Shown here piece after piece: positions 41,285 through 51,103 of a stretch of 64,000 bases of DNA. Source of the DNA: Chloroflexota bacterium. GTDB taxonomy: Bacteria > Chloroflexota > UBA11872 > VXOZ01. The position numbers were made by a program, and so were the translations under genes. Under the pieces are notes generated by a model that had not been told where the DNA came from, did no database searches, and saw only the letters and a program-made list of their open reading frames with translations. The first letter of the stretch is position 1. Every line of letters starts with the position of its first letter. Location of the stretch: positions 96,001 through 160,000 of the forward strand of contig CAXXVD010000003.1 in assembly GCA_963662335.2 (NCBI GenBank), given 5' to 3'.

Positions 41285-42058
41285 TTAATCCACCGCTTGC
41301 AGCGCCATGGCCGCCGTGGTGCCGCCGTCCACGTAGAGCACTTGGCCGGTGACGAAGTCGGCGGCGTCGGAAGCCAGGAAGGCCGCAACCTTGCCGATGT
41401 CCGCCGGTTTGCCCACCCGGCCCCACGGCACCTGGCGCGCGCCTTTTTCGGTGGTATACGCCGGGTTGTCGAAGTAGCGCGGCACCTCGATGAGGCCCGG
41501 CCCAATCGTATTGACCCGCACGCCGTGCGGCGCAAGCTCGATCGCCAACGTGCGGGTCAGGGCGTTCACCGCGCCTTTGGTGCCGGCGTAGGCCACGTGC
41601 TGAGGATAGCCGCCGTAACCGTGCACGGAAGAGATATTGACAATGCTGCCGCCGCCCCGCGCCCGCATGTGGGGCAGCGCCTGCTGCGCGCAGAAGAAGT
41701 AGCCGCGCACGTTCAGGTCGAACATCAGGTTGTAGTGCGCTTCGCTCGTCTCCGCGAACGGCGTCTCCACCGTCACGCCGGCGTTGTTTATCAGCACGTC
41801 CAGGCCGCCCAGGCCGGCCGCGGCCTCGTCCACCGCCCGGCGGCATTCCGCCACGCCGGTCAAGTCGGCCTCCAGCGGGATTGCCGTCCCGCCGCTCTCC
41901 GCGATGCGCGCCACGGTCTCCTGCCCGCCTGCCACGCTGTCGGCGTAGTAGTGCACCGCCACCGCCGACCCCTGCCGCGCCAACTCCAGCGCAATGCCCT
42001 GCCCAATGCCAATCCCCGCGCCGGTCACCAACGCCCGCCGGCCTTCAAGTGCGTTCAT
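41285..42058 (-). CDS. SDR family oxidoreductase
   Basis: TGAGIGIG, NNAG, YAGTKG. Confidence 0.92.
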   Translation of the reverse strand: MNALEGRRALVTGAGIGIGQGIALELARQGSAVAVHYYADSVAGGQETVARIAESGGTAIPLEADLTGVAECRRAVDEAAAGLGGLDVLINNAGVTVETPFAETSEAHYNLMFDLNVRGYFFCAQQALPHMRARGGGSIVNISSVHGYGGYPQHVAYAGTKGAVNALTRTLAIELAPHGVRVNTIGPGLIEVPRYFDNPAYTTEKGARQVPWGRVGKPADIGKVAAFLASDAADFVTGQVLYVDGGTTAAMALQAVD

Positions 42059-42192
42059 CGTATTCTCCTGTCCCTGAACCTAGTCGCGTGTCTCAAACCG
42101 TAATTCTGGATGCGCCCTGCTTCCATTTTCGGGTAAACACCTGCCAAAGTAAACGACGCCGCGCCGCCGTTCGATCCGCGCCGCGCTCCACA

Positions 42193-43611
42193 TCAGTCAC
42201 CAACCGCTTCGCGCTCCTCCAGGCTGGTCGCGCCGGACGACGGCGATAGCAGCGCAATGAGCGGGCGAATGTCCGCCAGCGTCTCCAGCCGTTCGATTTC
42301 GCGGAAGACGCGCTCTGCCGATTCTGCGTCCAGCGGATGGTGCGCATAAGCGGCGCAGGCGCGGAACTTCTCCCAGCGTTCGGCGCGGGTTAGAGGCAGG
42401 TTCGGTTCGCCCTTGATGTTGGCGTGGCTTACAGTGGTTTGGCGGCCGTCTTGCAGGGTGAGCGTGAGGCGCTCCAGCGTGCCGCGATCGGCGTTTGGCA
42501 GGCGGCGCGGGTGGACCTTCTCCGCCAGGGCCTGCACGTCCGTGGCCGCGCGCACCGCTTCCGGCGCGAAGTCCGCCAGTCCCGGCGCGCCGCGCAGCAG
42601 CGCGTGCGCCACCGTCCACTGGGCGCTGAACTGCGCGTCCACCTGCGGATTCTGCCGGATCCGAAAGGGCTGGCCGATGAGGGCGTGGGCGCGGGGATGC
42701 AGCCGGACCTCCACGGCGGCGATGGCTTGTGGGTCGAACGGGCGCAACGCCGCGGCCGCCTCCAGCGCCATGTCGATGGGCCGGTGCGCCGCCCGGCAGC
42801 AGGGATACGGCTTCAAGGCGATCTCCTCCACCGCGAAGCGTTCGCCCAGCCCCGCCGTCAGCGCGCGCTCGTCACCCTTACCGCCGCCAAAGAGCGCAAA
42901 GAGACCAAAGTCGCCCGCCGCAATGGCGCGCGGCCCGTTGACGCCGATTTCCGCCAGCAGCGCGGCGTGCACCCCCGCGCGGGCGCTGAAAGCCGGTGTC
43001 AGGCGCTTGGCGAGCGTGCCTTCCAGCAGACCCTGGCGGTTGCCCTGGGTTTGGGCGTAGGCCAGCCCGACGGCGTCAGCCAAGCCCTCTCTTGTCAAGC
43101 CAAGCAGTTTCGCGCTCGCCGCCGCCGCGCCCAGGCCGCCAAAGACCGCCGTGGGCAGCCAACCGACGTGCAGGTGGGGCAGCACGGCCAGACCCACGCG
43201 GATTTGCAACTCCGCCGCGCCGGCCAGCGCCGCAATCAGGTCGCGTCCCGCAACCGGCCGGCCGAGACTCTCGGCGGCGGCCAGCGCCGCGGGCAGGAGC
43301 GTGACGTAGACGTGCTGGTTGGCGGCGCGGTGCGAATCGTCGAAGTCGTGGGCGTGGAGCATGGCCGCGTTGAGCCAGGCGGCCGTGGGCGCGGGCAGGC
43401 GGTGGCCGTAGACCAGCGCCGTCGCCTCCGGCGCGCCGCCCCAGCGCGCGTGCCGCGCCACGATCTGCGGCGTCAACGGCGCCGCCGACCCGGCCAGGGC
43501 GCACGCCACCGCGTCGGCGACCTGCGCCTTGACCGCGTCCACCGCGCTTGGCGACAGGTCTGCATACCGCATTTCGGCGGCGAACGCGAGCAGTCGTTTC
43601 AATGGCTCCAT
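42193..43611 (-). CDS. MmgE/PrpD family protein
   Basis: HAHDFDDSH, KPYPCCR, AQFS. Confidence 0.88.
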   Translation of the reverse strand: MEPLKRLLAFAAEMRYADLSPSAVDAVKAQVADAVACALAGSAAPLTPQIVARHARWGGAPEATALVYGHRLPAPTAAWLNAAMLHAHDFDDSHRAANQHVYVTLLPAALAAAESLGRPVAGRDLIAALAGAAELQIRVGLAVLPHLHVGWLPTAVFGGLGAAAASAKLLGLTREGLADAVGLAYAQTQGNRQGLLEGTLAKRLTPAFSARAGVHAALLAEIGVNGPRAIAAGDFGLFALFGGGKGDERALTAGLGERFAVEEIALKPYPCCRAAHRPIDMALEAAAALRPFDPQAIAAVEVRLHPRAHALIGQPFRIRQNPQVDAQFSAQWTVAHALLRGAPGLADFAPEAVRAATDVQALAEKVHPRRLPNADRGTLERLTLTLQDGRQTTVSHANIKGEPNLPLTRAERWEKFRACAAYAHHPLDAESAERVFREIERLETLADIRPLIALLSPSSGATSLEEREAVGD

Positions 43612-43821
43612 GCACGAATCCCACCCGGCGCTGTCGCCCCAAATACTGCCGGCAAGCGGCCGGGCCTGCGGCCAACGCAATGCGGCGCAGGCACCGGCCG
43701 TGACGACATTCTATTCTACCTGTAACACCACCTCCGGATGCCGGACCCGTACCGCGTACCGGGCAAATTTCCTCGCCGTCATGCTGGCATTACGCAAAGG
43801 TCTGCGGCGGGGGACAAGCCC

Positions 43822-43964
43822 CAATGCTGTCGCATTAAACTGAGCGACCGCAAAACTCGCATCCAAAATCTCCGGTAGCGCAGGTTTGCAACCTGTGAAG
43901 CTGTTAGGTCAGTTTTCTCGTGTCAGTCTCGATAGTTCCGGCGGGGGACAAGCCCCCGCGCTAC
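43822..43964. mobile_element. MITE type B, one TIR retained, inserted in a family B REP
   Basis: CAATGCTGTCGCATTAA directly after a truncated GGGGACAAGCCC; same internal GTAGCGCAGGTTTGCAACCTG and family B REP as the 26978 and 52645 copies. Confidence 0.6.
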
Positions 43965-44060
43965 TGTGGAGGATGGAGTCAAGGCTGCGCCGCGGGTAGT
44001 AATACGCGCCGTGACGTGGTGAAATAGGTGTGAACCGGGCGCAGAGGAGGGAGTAGAAGG

Positions 44061-44684
44061 TTGAAAGCGAGGCGGTTGCTTCTCAGGTTTGCCCTGCTGT
44101 GCGCGCTGGCGCTGGTGGGTTGCGATTTCACGGCCGGGTCCGCGCCGGAGAGACGGCAAGTTCGCCTGGACTATAGCTGGGTGGCCGCGGCGCCGCGGGC
44201 GGAACTGGCGGCGCACTTCGACCGCGCCAACGTCTTCATGGCGGCGGACTACTACCGCCGCCAGGCGGGCTACGCCAGTGGCGAGATTCCGCCGCCTCAC
44301 CTCCTCTACAATGCCTATTCCAGCCACCCGTTGGCGTACTACGCCTTGCGGAGAGACGCCGCCAAGCGTCAAGCCGCTGCGTACAAAGCGGAGCCAACGA
44401 GCGGCAATGCCGGCGCACAAACCGAGTCGGCGTCCGCGATGGCGGCCCGGCACTTCGCCCGCGGCCTCATCTTCTACGACCTGGGGGACTTCGATAGCGC
44501 CATCGCGGAGTTAACCCGCGCCATTCAATTCGATGCCCGCCACGCCCGCGCCTACGCCTTCCGCGCGCTCGCCCACCGCTACACCGGCAGCCCGGCCAAG
44601 GCGCACGCCGACCTGCAAAGCGCCATCCGCCTTAAGGCCGAGCCCATGCTCATCGCTGAAGTGCGGCGGGCGCTGAAGCAGTAG
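44061..44684 (+). CDS. TPR-containing putative lipoprotein
   Basis: Lipobox LVGC; C-terminal TPRs (HFARGLIFYDLGDFDSAIAELTRAI). Confidence 0.7.
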   Translation: MKARRLLLRFALLCALALVGCDFTAGSAPERRQVRLDYSWVAAAPRAELAAHFDRANVFMAADYYRRQAGYASGEIPPPHLLYNAYSSHPLAYYALRRDAAKRQAAAYKAEPTSGNAGAQTESASAMAARHFARGLIFYDLGDFDSAIAELTRAIQFDARHARAYAFRALAHRYTGSPAKAHADLQSAIRLKAEPMLIAEVRRALKQ

Positions 44685-44774
44685 CCGGAAGCCACGTGTG
44701 CGTAGGTCGCAAAGGCACTCAATGATTGAGTGGGAATATAGGAGCCGCCACCATTGATTCGCCAGTTGCAGCGA

Positions 44775-45422
44775 CTACTGCGGAATGGCGGCCTTCATCA
44801 ACCCTTGACAGTAATCGGCAATCTCTTGAGACCCCGTTAACTCATTGCAAAGAACGCTGAATAAGTCGTGCAGTGCGGAGGGAGTGCCTGTTACGTTTTC
44901 GTAGAAAGATGTGCCGTCAATCTCAAAGACGGGGCGTTGTGTTCTTAGCCGCTTCTCATAGCGCTTGGAAGTCCTCGGAACGATAATCACCAAGTACCCT
45001 CTCCAGCCCCGGCCCTTTACTCTAACGGCGGTATCCAAGTCGCCGGCTACTTTATCTCGATTGCTTGCGTTCATTGTATTGTGCTTGTTCTTTATCTCAG
45101 CGATAGCCCTTTGGCTTTCACATTCCAGGTCATAGCCGGCGTCGTGGTTTACCCATCCCTCTACGCCTGAGAGAACATCCTGATGGAAGTGGCCGAGCGC
45201 GTTCGACATCCCTCTCACTGCGGACTCGCTCTCCTGGAACCGTGTCAAGACCTCTCTCTTGTCGATGCTAAAAGTCGAAGCGATCAGCAAAGAGAGGAAC
45301 GGGTCGATGACGTTCTTCTGTTGGCGCCGTCTTGCATCATCCAGTGCGCTCGCGGCGGCATTGCGGAACTTCACCAGTGCTCTTTCCAGGTCTTCATCGG
45401 ATATCCAGCCTAGCTTAGACAT
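44775..45422 (-). CDS. Eco47II-family type II restriction endonuclease
   Basis: KNVIDPF, NALGHFHQ, YDL...AEIKNKHNTMN, IDG.SFY..VTG. Confidence 0.8.
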   Translation of the reverse strand: MSKLGWISDEDLERALVKFRNAAASALDDARRRQQKNVIDPFLSLLIASTFSIDKREVLTRFQESESAVRGMSNALGHFHQDVLSGVEGWVNHDAGYDLECESQRAIAEIKNKHNTMNASNRDKVAGDLDTAVRVKGRGWRGYLVIIVPRTSKRYEKRLRTQRPVFEIDGTSFYENVTGTPSALHDLFSVLCNELTGSQEIADYCQGLMKAAIPQ

Positions 45423-46251
45423 CGCCGACCTGCTGTTGAGAATAAAGCTGTTCTTGAACGTACTCCTCGTTAATCTCAATGCCTATCGGTACTCGCCCGA
45501 GACGTTCCGCAACGCGGTAGGTGGTGCCGCTACCGGAGAACGGGTCGAGCACCACGTCGCCTTCGTCGGTGAACAACAGGATGAAGAACTCCGGCAGCCA
45601 TTCCGGGAAAGCGGCGCTGTGGCCGGTGTTATGGGCGATTGGCGAGCGATGCAGGACGTTGCTGGGATACACCGTTCTCTTTCCTTCCCAGGCAGCCATG
45701 CGTCGGCCCACTTTCGAGTTCGTCCGTGATTCTTGCCGGGAGCGGTCGTTTTCGCTCATGTTCCTGAGGCGGGTTTTCGTCCAATCCCCAACCGGAATCT
45801 TGACGGCATCCTGCCGCATCTTCAGCTCCCGGGTCTTGCTGAAATGCAGCAGTCTTTCCCATGAGTCCCTGAATCGGTACTTCCACTTGCCCGGCGCAGC
45901 CGTGGTCTTATGCCAGATGTACTCTTCTACCCAGCGGAATCCGACCTCGCGGTTTAGCGCCAGGATTAGCTCCAATACATACGGATGCCGCTGTCCGTCA
46001 ACTACTTTTTCCTTGATATTGAGAACGAACGAGCCCGATGGCTTGAGCAAGCGCAGCATCTGTGCGGCCCGCTCTGTGAACCAGGCCACATAGGCGTCCG
46101 GGTGGACACCGCCATAGGTATGTTGCCGCGCATCGGCGTATGGGGGAGAGGTCACGATGAGGTCAACAGAATCTGAAGGCATAGCCTTCATTACATCGAG
46201 ACAATCCCCCAGATGAACACGGTTCCTCCACTTGGAAACATCTTCATTCAT
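45415..46251 (-). CDS. site-specific DNA methyltransferase, beta class (N4-C/N6-A)
   Basis: DLIVTSPPY first, then HSAAFP and VLDPFSGSGTT; overlaps the REase start. Confidence 0.92.
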   Translation of the reverse strand: MNEDVSKWRNRVHLGDCLDVMKAMPSDSVDLIVTSPPYADARQHTYGGVHPDAYVAWFTERAAQMLRLLKPSGSFVLNIKEKVVDGQRHPYVLELILALNREVGFRWVEEYIWHKTTAAPGKWKYRFRDSWERLLHFSKTRELKMRQDAVKIPVGDWTKTRLRNMSENDRSRQESRTNSKVGRRMAAWEGKRTVYPSNVLHRSPIAHNTGHSAAFPEWLPEFFILLFTDEGDVVLDPFSGSGTTYRVAERLGRVPIGIEINEEYVQEQLYSQQQVGDV

Positions 46252-46302
46252 CGTCGCGTCAGCCCTCTTGCTGCATTTGCCCCGACTTTGAACATACCAC
46301 AA

Positions 46303-46391
46303 GTAGGGGCACGACATGTCGTGCCCCTACCGCGCAGGTGGCGATGATGTCGCGCCCCTACCGCAGGGCCGGGGAAGATGTCGCGCCGCTA
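46303..46391. repeat. GTAG-type REP family E (GTAGGGGCACGACATGTCGTGCCCCTAC) plus two decayed tandem copies
   Basis: Perfect 28-bp palindrome; relatives at 54261 and 57398. Confidence 0.75.
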
Positions 46392-47585
46392 GCTCACCAG
46401 CGCGCCCAACGCCGCGTGGGCGGCTTGTTCGCCGGCGTAGATTTCCCGGATGCGCTCCTGCAACGCGGCGCGCAAATCGGCGCTCTCAGCGTCCGTGAGC
46501 GGGAAATCCTGGCTCAGGGCCTGCTCCAGGGCGCTGAGTTGCGTCCAGATGCCCTTGATTTCCGCAGTGGCGGCCGGGCCTTGGCTTAGGAAAAGCTCTT
46601 CCCGGCGGGCGATCAGGTCTTTCGCTTCGCGGAAGGGAGCCACGTCGTCGGGCAGCGCCGCGTCGGCCAGCGCGCTCCACTTGCGGCCCAGGTCGGCGTA
46701 TTCGTCCGCCAGCGGCAGGAGAGCGTCATCGTCCAGCGCCGCGGCCGCCTCGCGGAAGAAGGCGGCGTAGAGCGGGCGCATCAGGCCGCCGCCGGTGTGG
46801 TAGCGCTCGATGAAGTCGTAGACCGAGCGCAGGCCTTGCAGCAGGCGGTGGCCGGGCGGAAAGACCTGCTCCCAGCTATCCTTGCCCTTACTGCCGTGAA
46901 TGCGGTCGGCCCAGGTCTTGAAGGCCTCCAGGGTGAAGTTCTTCATGCGCGCATTTTGCAGGCCATCGTGGCACGCCTTGACGCCCGCCAATACAGCCTC
47001 GCGCAAGTCTAAATCCTCTTGCGGGCCGCCCACGGTCAGCACCCGGTTCTTCTGCTTCTTGATGCGCGCGCGGGCCTCCGCAAGATCATCCAAGGGAATG
47101 GCGATCGGTTCAGCGGTCAGGTCGCCAATCAGGGCCTCGCCGTCGCTCAAGCTATAGACCGTGATGACGTGGTAGCCGCCGCCCGCGTAGAAACTCGGTA
47201 TGCCCCGGTACGCCAAGAGCGCCATTTCCACCCAGGCGATGGCGCAGCCGCTGGCTTCAACCGCCTCGGCCAGTTGCGCGGCGGCCTTCTTCTTGCCGCC
47301 GGATTCGAGGACGGTCGGCGTGACGCCAAAGCGGTCGCAGGCGTCGTTCAGGTAGGCGTCGCTTTCGTGCCAACGGTGGCGTCCGGCGACGTAGAAGCTG
47401 GCGAAGTCCTCAGCCGCGTAGTAGAAGTGGAACACGCCGGCGCCAATGCCGCCGGCAATGCCAAAGACCATAGCTTCTGTAAAGGGCTCGCCCGTCTGCG
47501 GGTTCGTGACGCCCGCGTGGGCCAACGCGGCGCGCAGAGCGGTTGTCTCCGGGTGGATGCCGGGGAAGTGCGGAGAATCGGGCAC
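46389..47585 (-). CDS. BtrH N-terminal / DUF4872-like protein
   Basis: TEAMVFGIAGGIG, GGGYHVITVY, TGGGLMRPLYAAF; GAGGAG before GTG 47585. Confidence 0.7.
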   Translation of the reverse strand: MPDSPHFPGIHPETTALRAALAHAGVTNPQTGEPFTEAMVFGIAGGIGAGVFHFYYAAEDFASFYVAGRHRWHESDAYLNDACDRFGVTPTVLESGGKKKAAAQLAEAVEASGCAIAWVEMALLAYRGIPSFYAGGGYHVITVYSLSDGEALIGDLTAEPIAIPLDDLAEARARIKKQKNRVLTVGGPQEDLDLREAVLAGVKACHDGLQNARMKNFTLEAFKTWADRIHGSKGKDSWEQVFPPGHRLLQGLRSVYDFIERYHTGGGLMRPLYAAFFREAAAALDDDALLPLADEYADLGRKWSALADAALPDDVAPFREAKDLIARREELFLSQGPAATAEIKGIWTQLSALEQALSQDFPLTDAESADLRAALQERIREIYAGEQAAHAALGALVS

Positions 47586-47635
47586 GGTAGCGCTCCTCTT
47601 TTGATGCCTTTGCAAGACCCCTTCCCGCTTCAGGG

Positions 47636-47773
47636 CTGACAAGGGTATGTACGTGTCATTCCGAGCGCAGCGAGGAATCTACGTTGATGCCCGCCAAGAG
47701 CGGCCCCTTAAATGGCGTATCCCGTCGCTCCCGTTGCAACGCCCTTAGATTCCTCGCTGCGCTCGGAATGACA
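47636..47773. mobile_element. MITE type A remnant / family A REP
   Basis: CTGACAAGGGTA start; full family A inverted pair. Confidence 0.55.
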
Positions 47774-47839
47774 GCTTGGGTGATAAGTCGTGCTGAAGAC
47801 GCATTCAGCAAAAGGGTGGCGCGCGCTTGCCGCCGCGGG

Positions 47840-48907
47840 CTACGCGCCGCGCCGCAACTGGTACTGCGGAATAGCCACCGGCCGGCCGCCGTCGGCGGCG
47901 GATTCGGCGGCGCAGACCCCCGGCAGACTGTACATGATGCCTTCGTAGACGTCGATGGGGGCGGGGCCGCCGGTGCGAATGGCGTTGAAGAATGCCTCCA
48001 GCATGTACCATTCGGCGGTGCCGTGACCGCCCAGGGCGGCTTTTGCCGGCGCATCGGGGAAGTTCCTGCCTAGCGGGAGTCCCTCCGGCACGGTGAATTC
48101 ACTCGCGCCCGCGTAACGGAACTTCGGCTCGTCGATGCCGATCCACCCGGAATCGAACGTCGCCTTGGTGCCCATGAACACGTGGCGGTGGTGGCCCCAG
48201 TGGGAATTGGCGAACGAGCACGAAATGCGCACGATGCTGTCGTCCGTCATGCGGAAGATGGCGACCTCGATGTCGGTGAGGTGGGACTCGTAGTGTTCCC
48301 GCGTGCCGAGGCAGACCACCTCCACCGGATACTGGCCGGTGACCCACATCACCGGGCCCAAGCTGTGGGTGAGATAGGTGATCGGCGGCATGGAGGCCCG
48401 CCAGAAGAGCTTGCCGTGTTCGTCGCGCCGCAGGCGCGTGATGTTGTGAATGTACTCGGCTTCCGCGGCAAAGATCTCGCCAAAGTCGCCCCGCTCGTTG
48501 AGGTGCTTGAGCGTGTGCACGTAGGCCCAATAGTTGCAGTTTTCGCCGCACATGTAGAGGGCGTCGCTTGCTTCTTGGGCGGCCACCAGTTGCTCGGCCT
48601 CTTCCCGCGTGGCGAGAATGGGAATCTCGGATATCACATTCACGCCCGCTTGGAGTACCTGTATGGAATGCTCAGCGTGCTGCGGCGCCGGCGTGGCCAC
48701 AACCACCAGGTCCAAGTCCTCCGCCAGCAACTCCTCCAGCGAGGCATAGCCCTTGGGCACGTGGTGCTCCGCGCATACCTCTTGCAAGCGCTCGGCATTC
48801 TTATCCGCCACCGCCGTGAGGCTTACGCCCGGCATGGCCTGGAGCACGCGCACGAAACTCCGCCCGCGCCGCACTCCCAATACGCCCGCACGCAATTCGC
48901 TGCTCAT
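47840..48907 (-). CDS. Gfo/Idh/MocA family oxidoreductase (paralog 1)
   Basis: SEIP, YMCGENCNY, EAEYIH, GGHGTAE. Confidence 0.88.
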   Translation of the reverse strand: MSSELRAGVLGVRRGRSFVRVLQAMPGVSLTAVADKNAERLQEVCAEHHVPKGYASLEELLAEDLDLVVVATPAPQHAEHSIQVLQAGVNVISEIPILATREEAEQLVAAQEASDALYMCGENCNYWAYVHTLKHLNERGDFGEIFAAEAEYIHNITRLRRDEHGKLFWRASMPPITYLTHSLGPVMWVTGQYPVEVVCLGTREHYESHLTDIEVAIFRMTDDSIVRISCSFANSHWGHHRHVFMGTKATFDSGWIGIDEPKFRYAGASEFTVPEGLPLGRNFPDAPAKAALGGHGTAEWYMLEAFFNAIRTGGPAPIDVYEGIMYSLPGVCAAESAADGGRPVAIPQYQLRRGA

Positions 48908-48959
48908 AGCACTCCTCTCTCCGCTTTGGCTCCAGAAGGGAATCTATGCCCTCTCCTGG

Positions 48960-49121
48960 CATTGGCAAGACTTTGTAAATGTCATTCCGAGCGCAGCGAG
49001 GAATCTAAGGAAGCCGGTTTTGCAGGACTCGGCTTTGGATTCCGCGAACAAGGTTCGACACCCGCCACGCTCCGTTCGGAATGACACGTGAAATCCACTA
49101 TGGAATACATCTCTCTGTCAA
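48960..49121. mobile_element. MITE type A with flanking CTCTCCTGG direct repeat
   Basis: Ends TTGGCAAG / CTGTCAA; CTCTCCTGG at 48951-48959 and 49122-49130; family A core. Confidence 0.65.
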
Positions 49122-49163
49122 CTCTCCTGGGGGAGAGGGCGTCCAAACGGATACAGCTTCTAG

Positions 49164-50231
49164 CTACGCCTCGCGCTGCAACTGATACTGCGGAATGGCG
49201 ACCGGCCGGCCCCCGTTGGCGGCGGATTCCGCCGCGCAGACGCCCGCCAAGCTGTACATGATGCCCTCGTAGACGTCGATGGGCGCCGGGCCGCCGCTGC
49301 GAATGGCGGTGAAGAATTCCTCCAGCATGTACCATTCGGCGGTGCCGTGGCCTCCCAGGGCCGCCGCCGCCGGCGCATCGGGATAGTTCGTGCCCAGCGG
49401 CAGGTTGTCCGGCACGGTGAATTCGCTCTCGCCCGCGTAGCGGAACTTCGGCTCGTCCTTGCCGATCCAGCCGGAATCGAACGTGGCCTTGGTGCCCATG
49501 AAGGACTGGCGGTGGTTGCCCCAGTGGGCGTTGGCGAACGAACACGTAATGCGCACCACGCTATCGTCGGTCATGCGAAAGAGCGCCATTTGGATGTCGG
49601 TCAGGTCCGGCTCGAAGTGATTCGCCGTGCCGAGGCAGACCACCTCCACCGGATACTGGCCCATGACCGACATCACGGGCCCCAGGCTGTGGGTGAGATA
49701 GGTGATTGGCTGCATCGAGGCCCGCCAGGTGGGATTGCCGTGCTCGTCGCGCCGCAGGCCGGGAATGCTGTGAATGTACTCGGCTTCCGCGGCGAAGATC
49801 TCGCCAAAGTCGCCCCGCTGGTTCAGGCGCTTCAGGGAATCGACGTACGCCCAGTAGTTGCAGTTCTCGCCGCACATGTAGAGAGCGTCGCTCTTCTCCG
49901 CGGCGGCCACCAGTTGGTCGGCCTCTGCCCGCGTGGCGAGCACGGGGATTTCGGAGAGCACGTGTACGCCGGCCTCCAGCGCCTGTATCGAGTTTTCCGC
50001 GTGTTGGGCTACCGGCGTTGCCACCACCACCAGGTCCAAATCTTCCGCCAGCAGTTCATCCAGCGAGGCGACGCCCTTGGGCACGTTGTGCTCCGCGCAG
50101 ACCCGCTGGCGCCGCTCCGCGTGCATGTCCGCCACCGCCGTCACGCTGACGCCGTCCATAGCCTGCATCACGCGCACGAAGCTCAGACCCCGCCCGACAC
50201 CCAATACGCCCGCCCGCAATTCGCCGCTCAT
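49164..50231 (-). CDS. Gfo/Idh/MocA family oxidoreductase (paralog 2)
   Basis: Same length (355 aa) and near-identical to 47840-48907. Confidence 0.88.
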   Translation of the reverse strand: MSGELRAGVLGVGRGLSFVRVMQAMDGVSVTAVADMHAERRQRVCAEHNVPKGVASLDELLAEDLDLVVVATPVAQHAENSIQALEAGVHVLSEIPVLATRAEADQLVAAAEKSDALYMCGENCNYWAYVDSLKRLNQRGDFGEIFAAEAEYIHSIPGLRRDEHGNPTWRASMQPITYLTHSLGPVMSVMGQYPVEVVCLGTANHFEPDLTDIQMALFRMTDDSVVRITCSFANAHWGNHRQSFMGTKATFDSGWIGKDEPKFRYAGESEFTVPDNLPLGTNYPDAPAAAALGGHGTAEWYMLEEFFTAIRSGGPAPIDVYEGIMYSLAGVCAAESAANGGRPVAIPQYQLQREA

Positions 50232-50289
50232 CGCATTCCTCGCTTAGAAGTGTGCTGCCGAAACTACACGCTCTTACTGCGCCTGCCGC

Positions 50290-51054
50290 CTAGTCCAACG
50301 TGCCGATCTCCTGCCGGAGATTCTTCATGCCTTCGCTGACGAATACGCTATCGTTGCCGAACCAGAGGTAGCGGAAGCCCTCGGCCACGCGCTGTTGGGC
50401 CTGCTCATAGCTCTGGCAAACGTAGCCGGCCGCGGTGCCGGTGCGCTTGCTGGCGGCGGCCACCTGCTGCACCAGCGCCTCGTGATGGGCCTCGTCGTGG
50501 CCGTGGGCGCGCACGTTGATCATCAGGTCGCCGGGGCCGATGAGCACCACGTCCACGTTCTCCACCCGCATGATGCTCTCCACGTTGGCGATCGCCTCTT
50601 CGCTCTCCACCATCACGATGACCATGACCTCGTCGTTGGCGCGGGCGAAATAGTCCTGCGCCGTGCCGCCGCCGATGAGGCCGAGCCTGATGCCGCCGCC
50701 GGAGCGCGTGCCCGTGGGCGGAAAGTAGGCCGGACTCGCCATGGCCGCGGCCTGTTCGGCAGTCTCGATCATGGGAATGATGACGCCCATGGCGCCCATG
50801 TCGAGCACGCGGTTGATTGTGCCCGGCTCGTGGCCTTTCACGCGCACGATCGGCACGGTGCCGGTGTGGAGAAAACGCGCCAGCGCGTTGTTGAGCGAAA
50901 GCTCGGTCCACTGCCCGTGCTGCCAATCGAAGTTGACGAAGTCGAAGCCCACGTGGGCGACCTGCTCGGCCAAATCCGGCGAGTCGATGCCCATGGCCGG
51001 CCCGGCGGTCACGCCGCCGGCGCGGAGCTTGGCCAGCGCCCGGTTCTGCTGCAT
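50290..51054 (-). CDS. HpcH/HpaI aldolase family protein
   Basis: FDWQHG, LDMGAMGVIIP, MVES, IGPGDL. Confidence 0.88.
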   Translation of the reverse strand: MQQNRALAKLRAGGVTAGPAMGIDSPDLAEQVAHVGFDFVNFDWQHGQWTELSLNNALARFLHTGTVPIVRVKGHEPGTINRVLDMGAMGVIIPMIETAEQAAAMASPAYFPPTGTRSGGGIRLGLIGGGTAQDYFARANDEVMVIVMVESEEAIANVESIMRVENVDVVLIGPGDLMINVRAHGHDEAHHEALVQQVAAASKRTGTAAGYVCQSYEQAQQRVAEGFRYLWFGNDSVFVSEGMKNLRQEIGTLD

Positions 51055-51103
51055 CTCTTCCGTACTCCTTTATCTCCTAGTCCAAGCCTGTATTTGCACA
51101 ACA

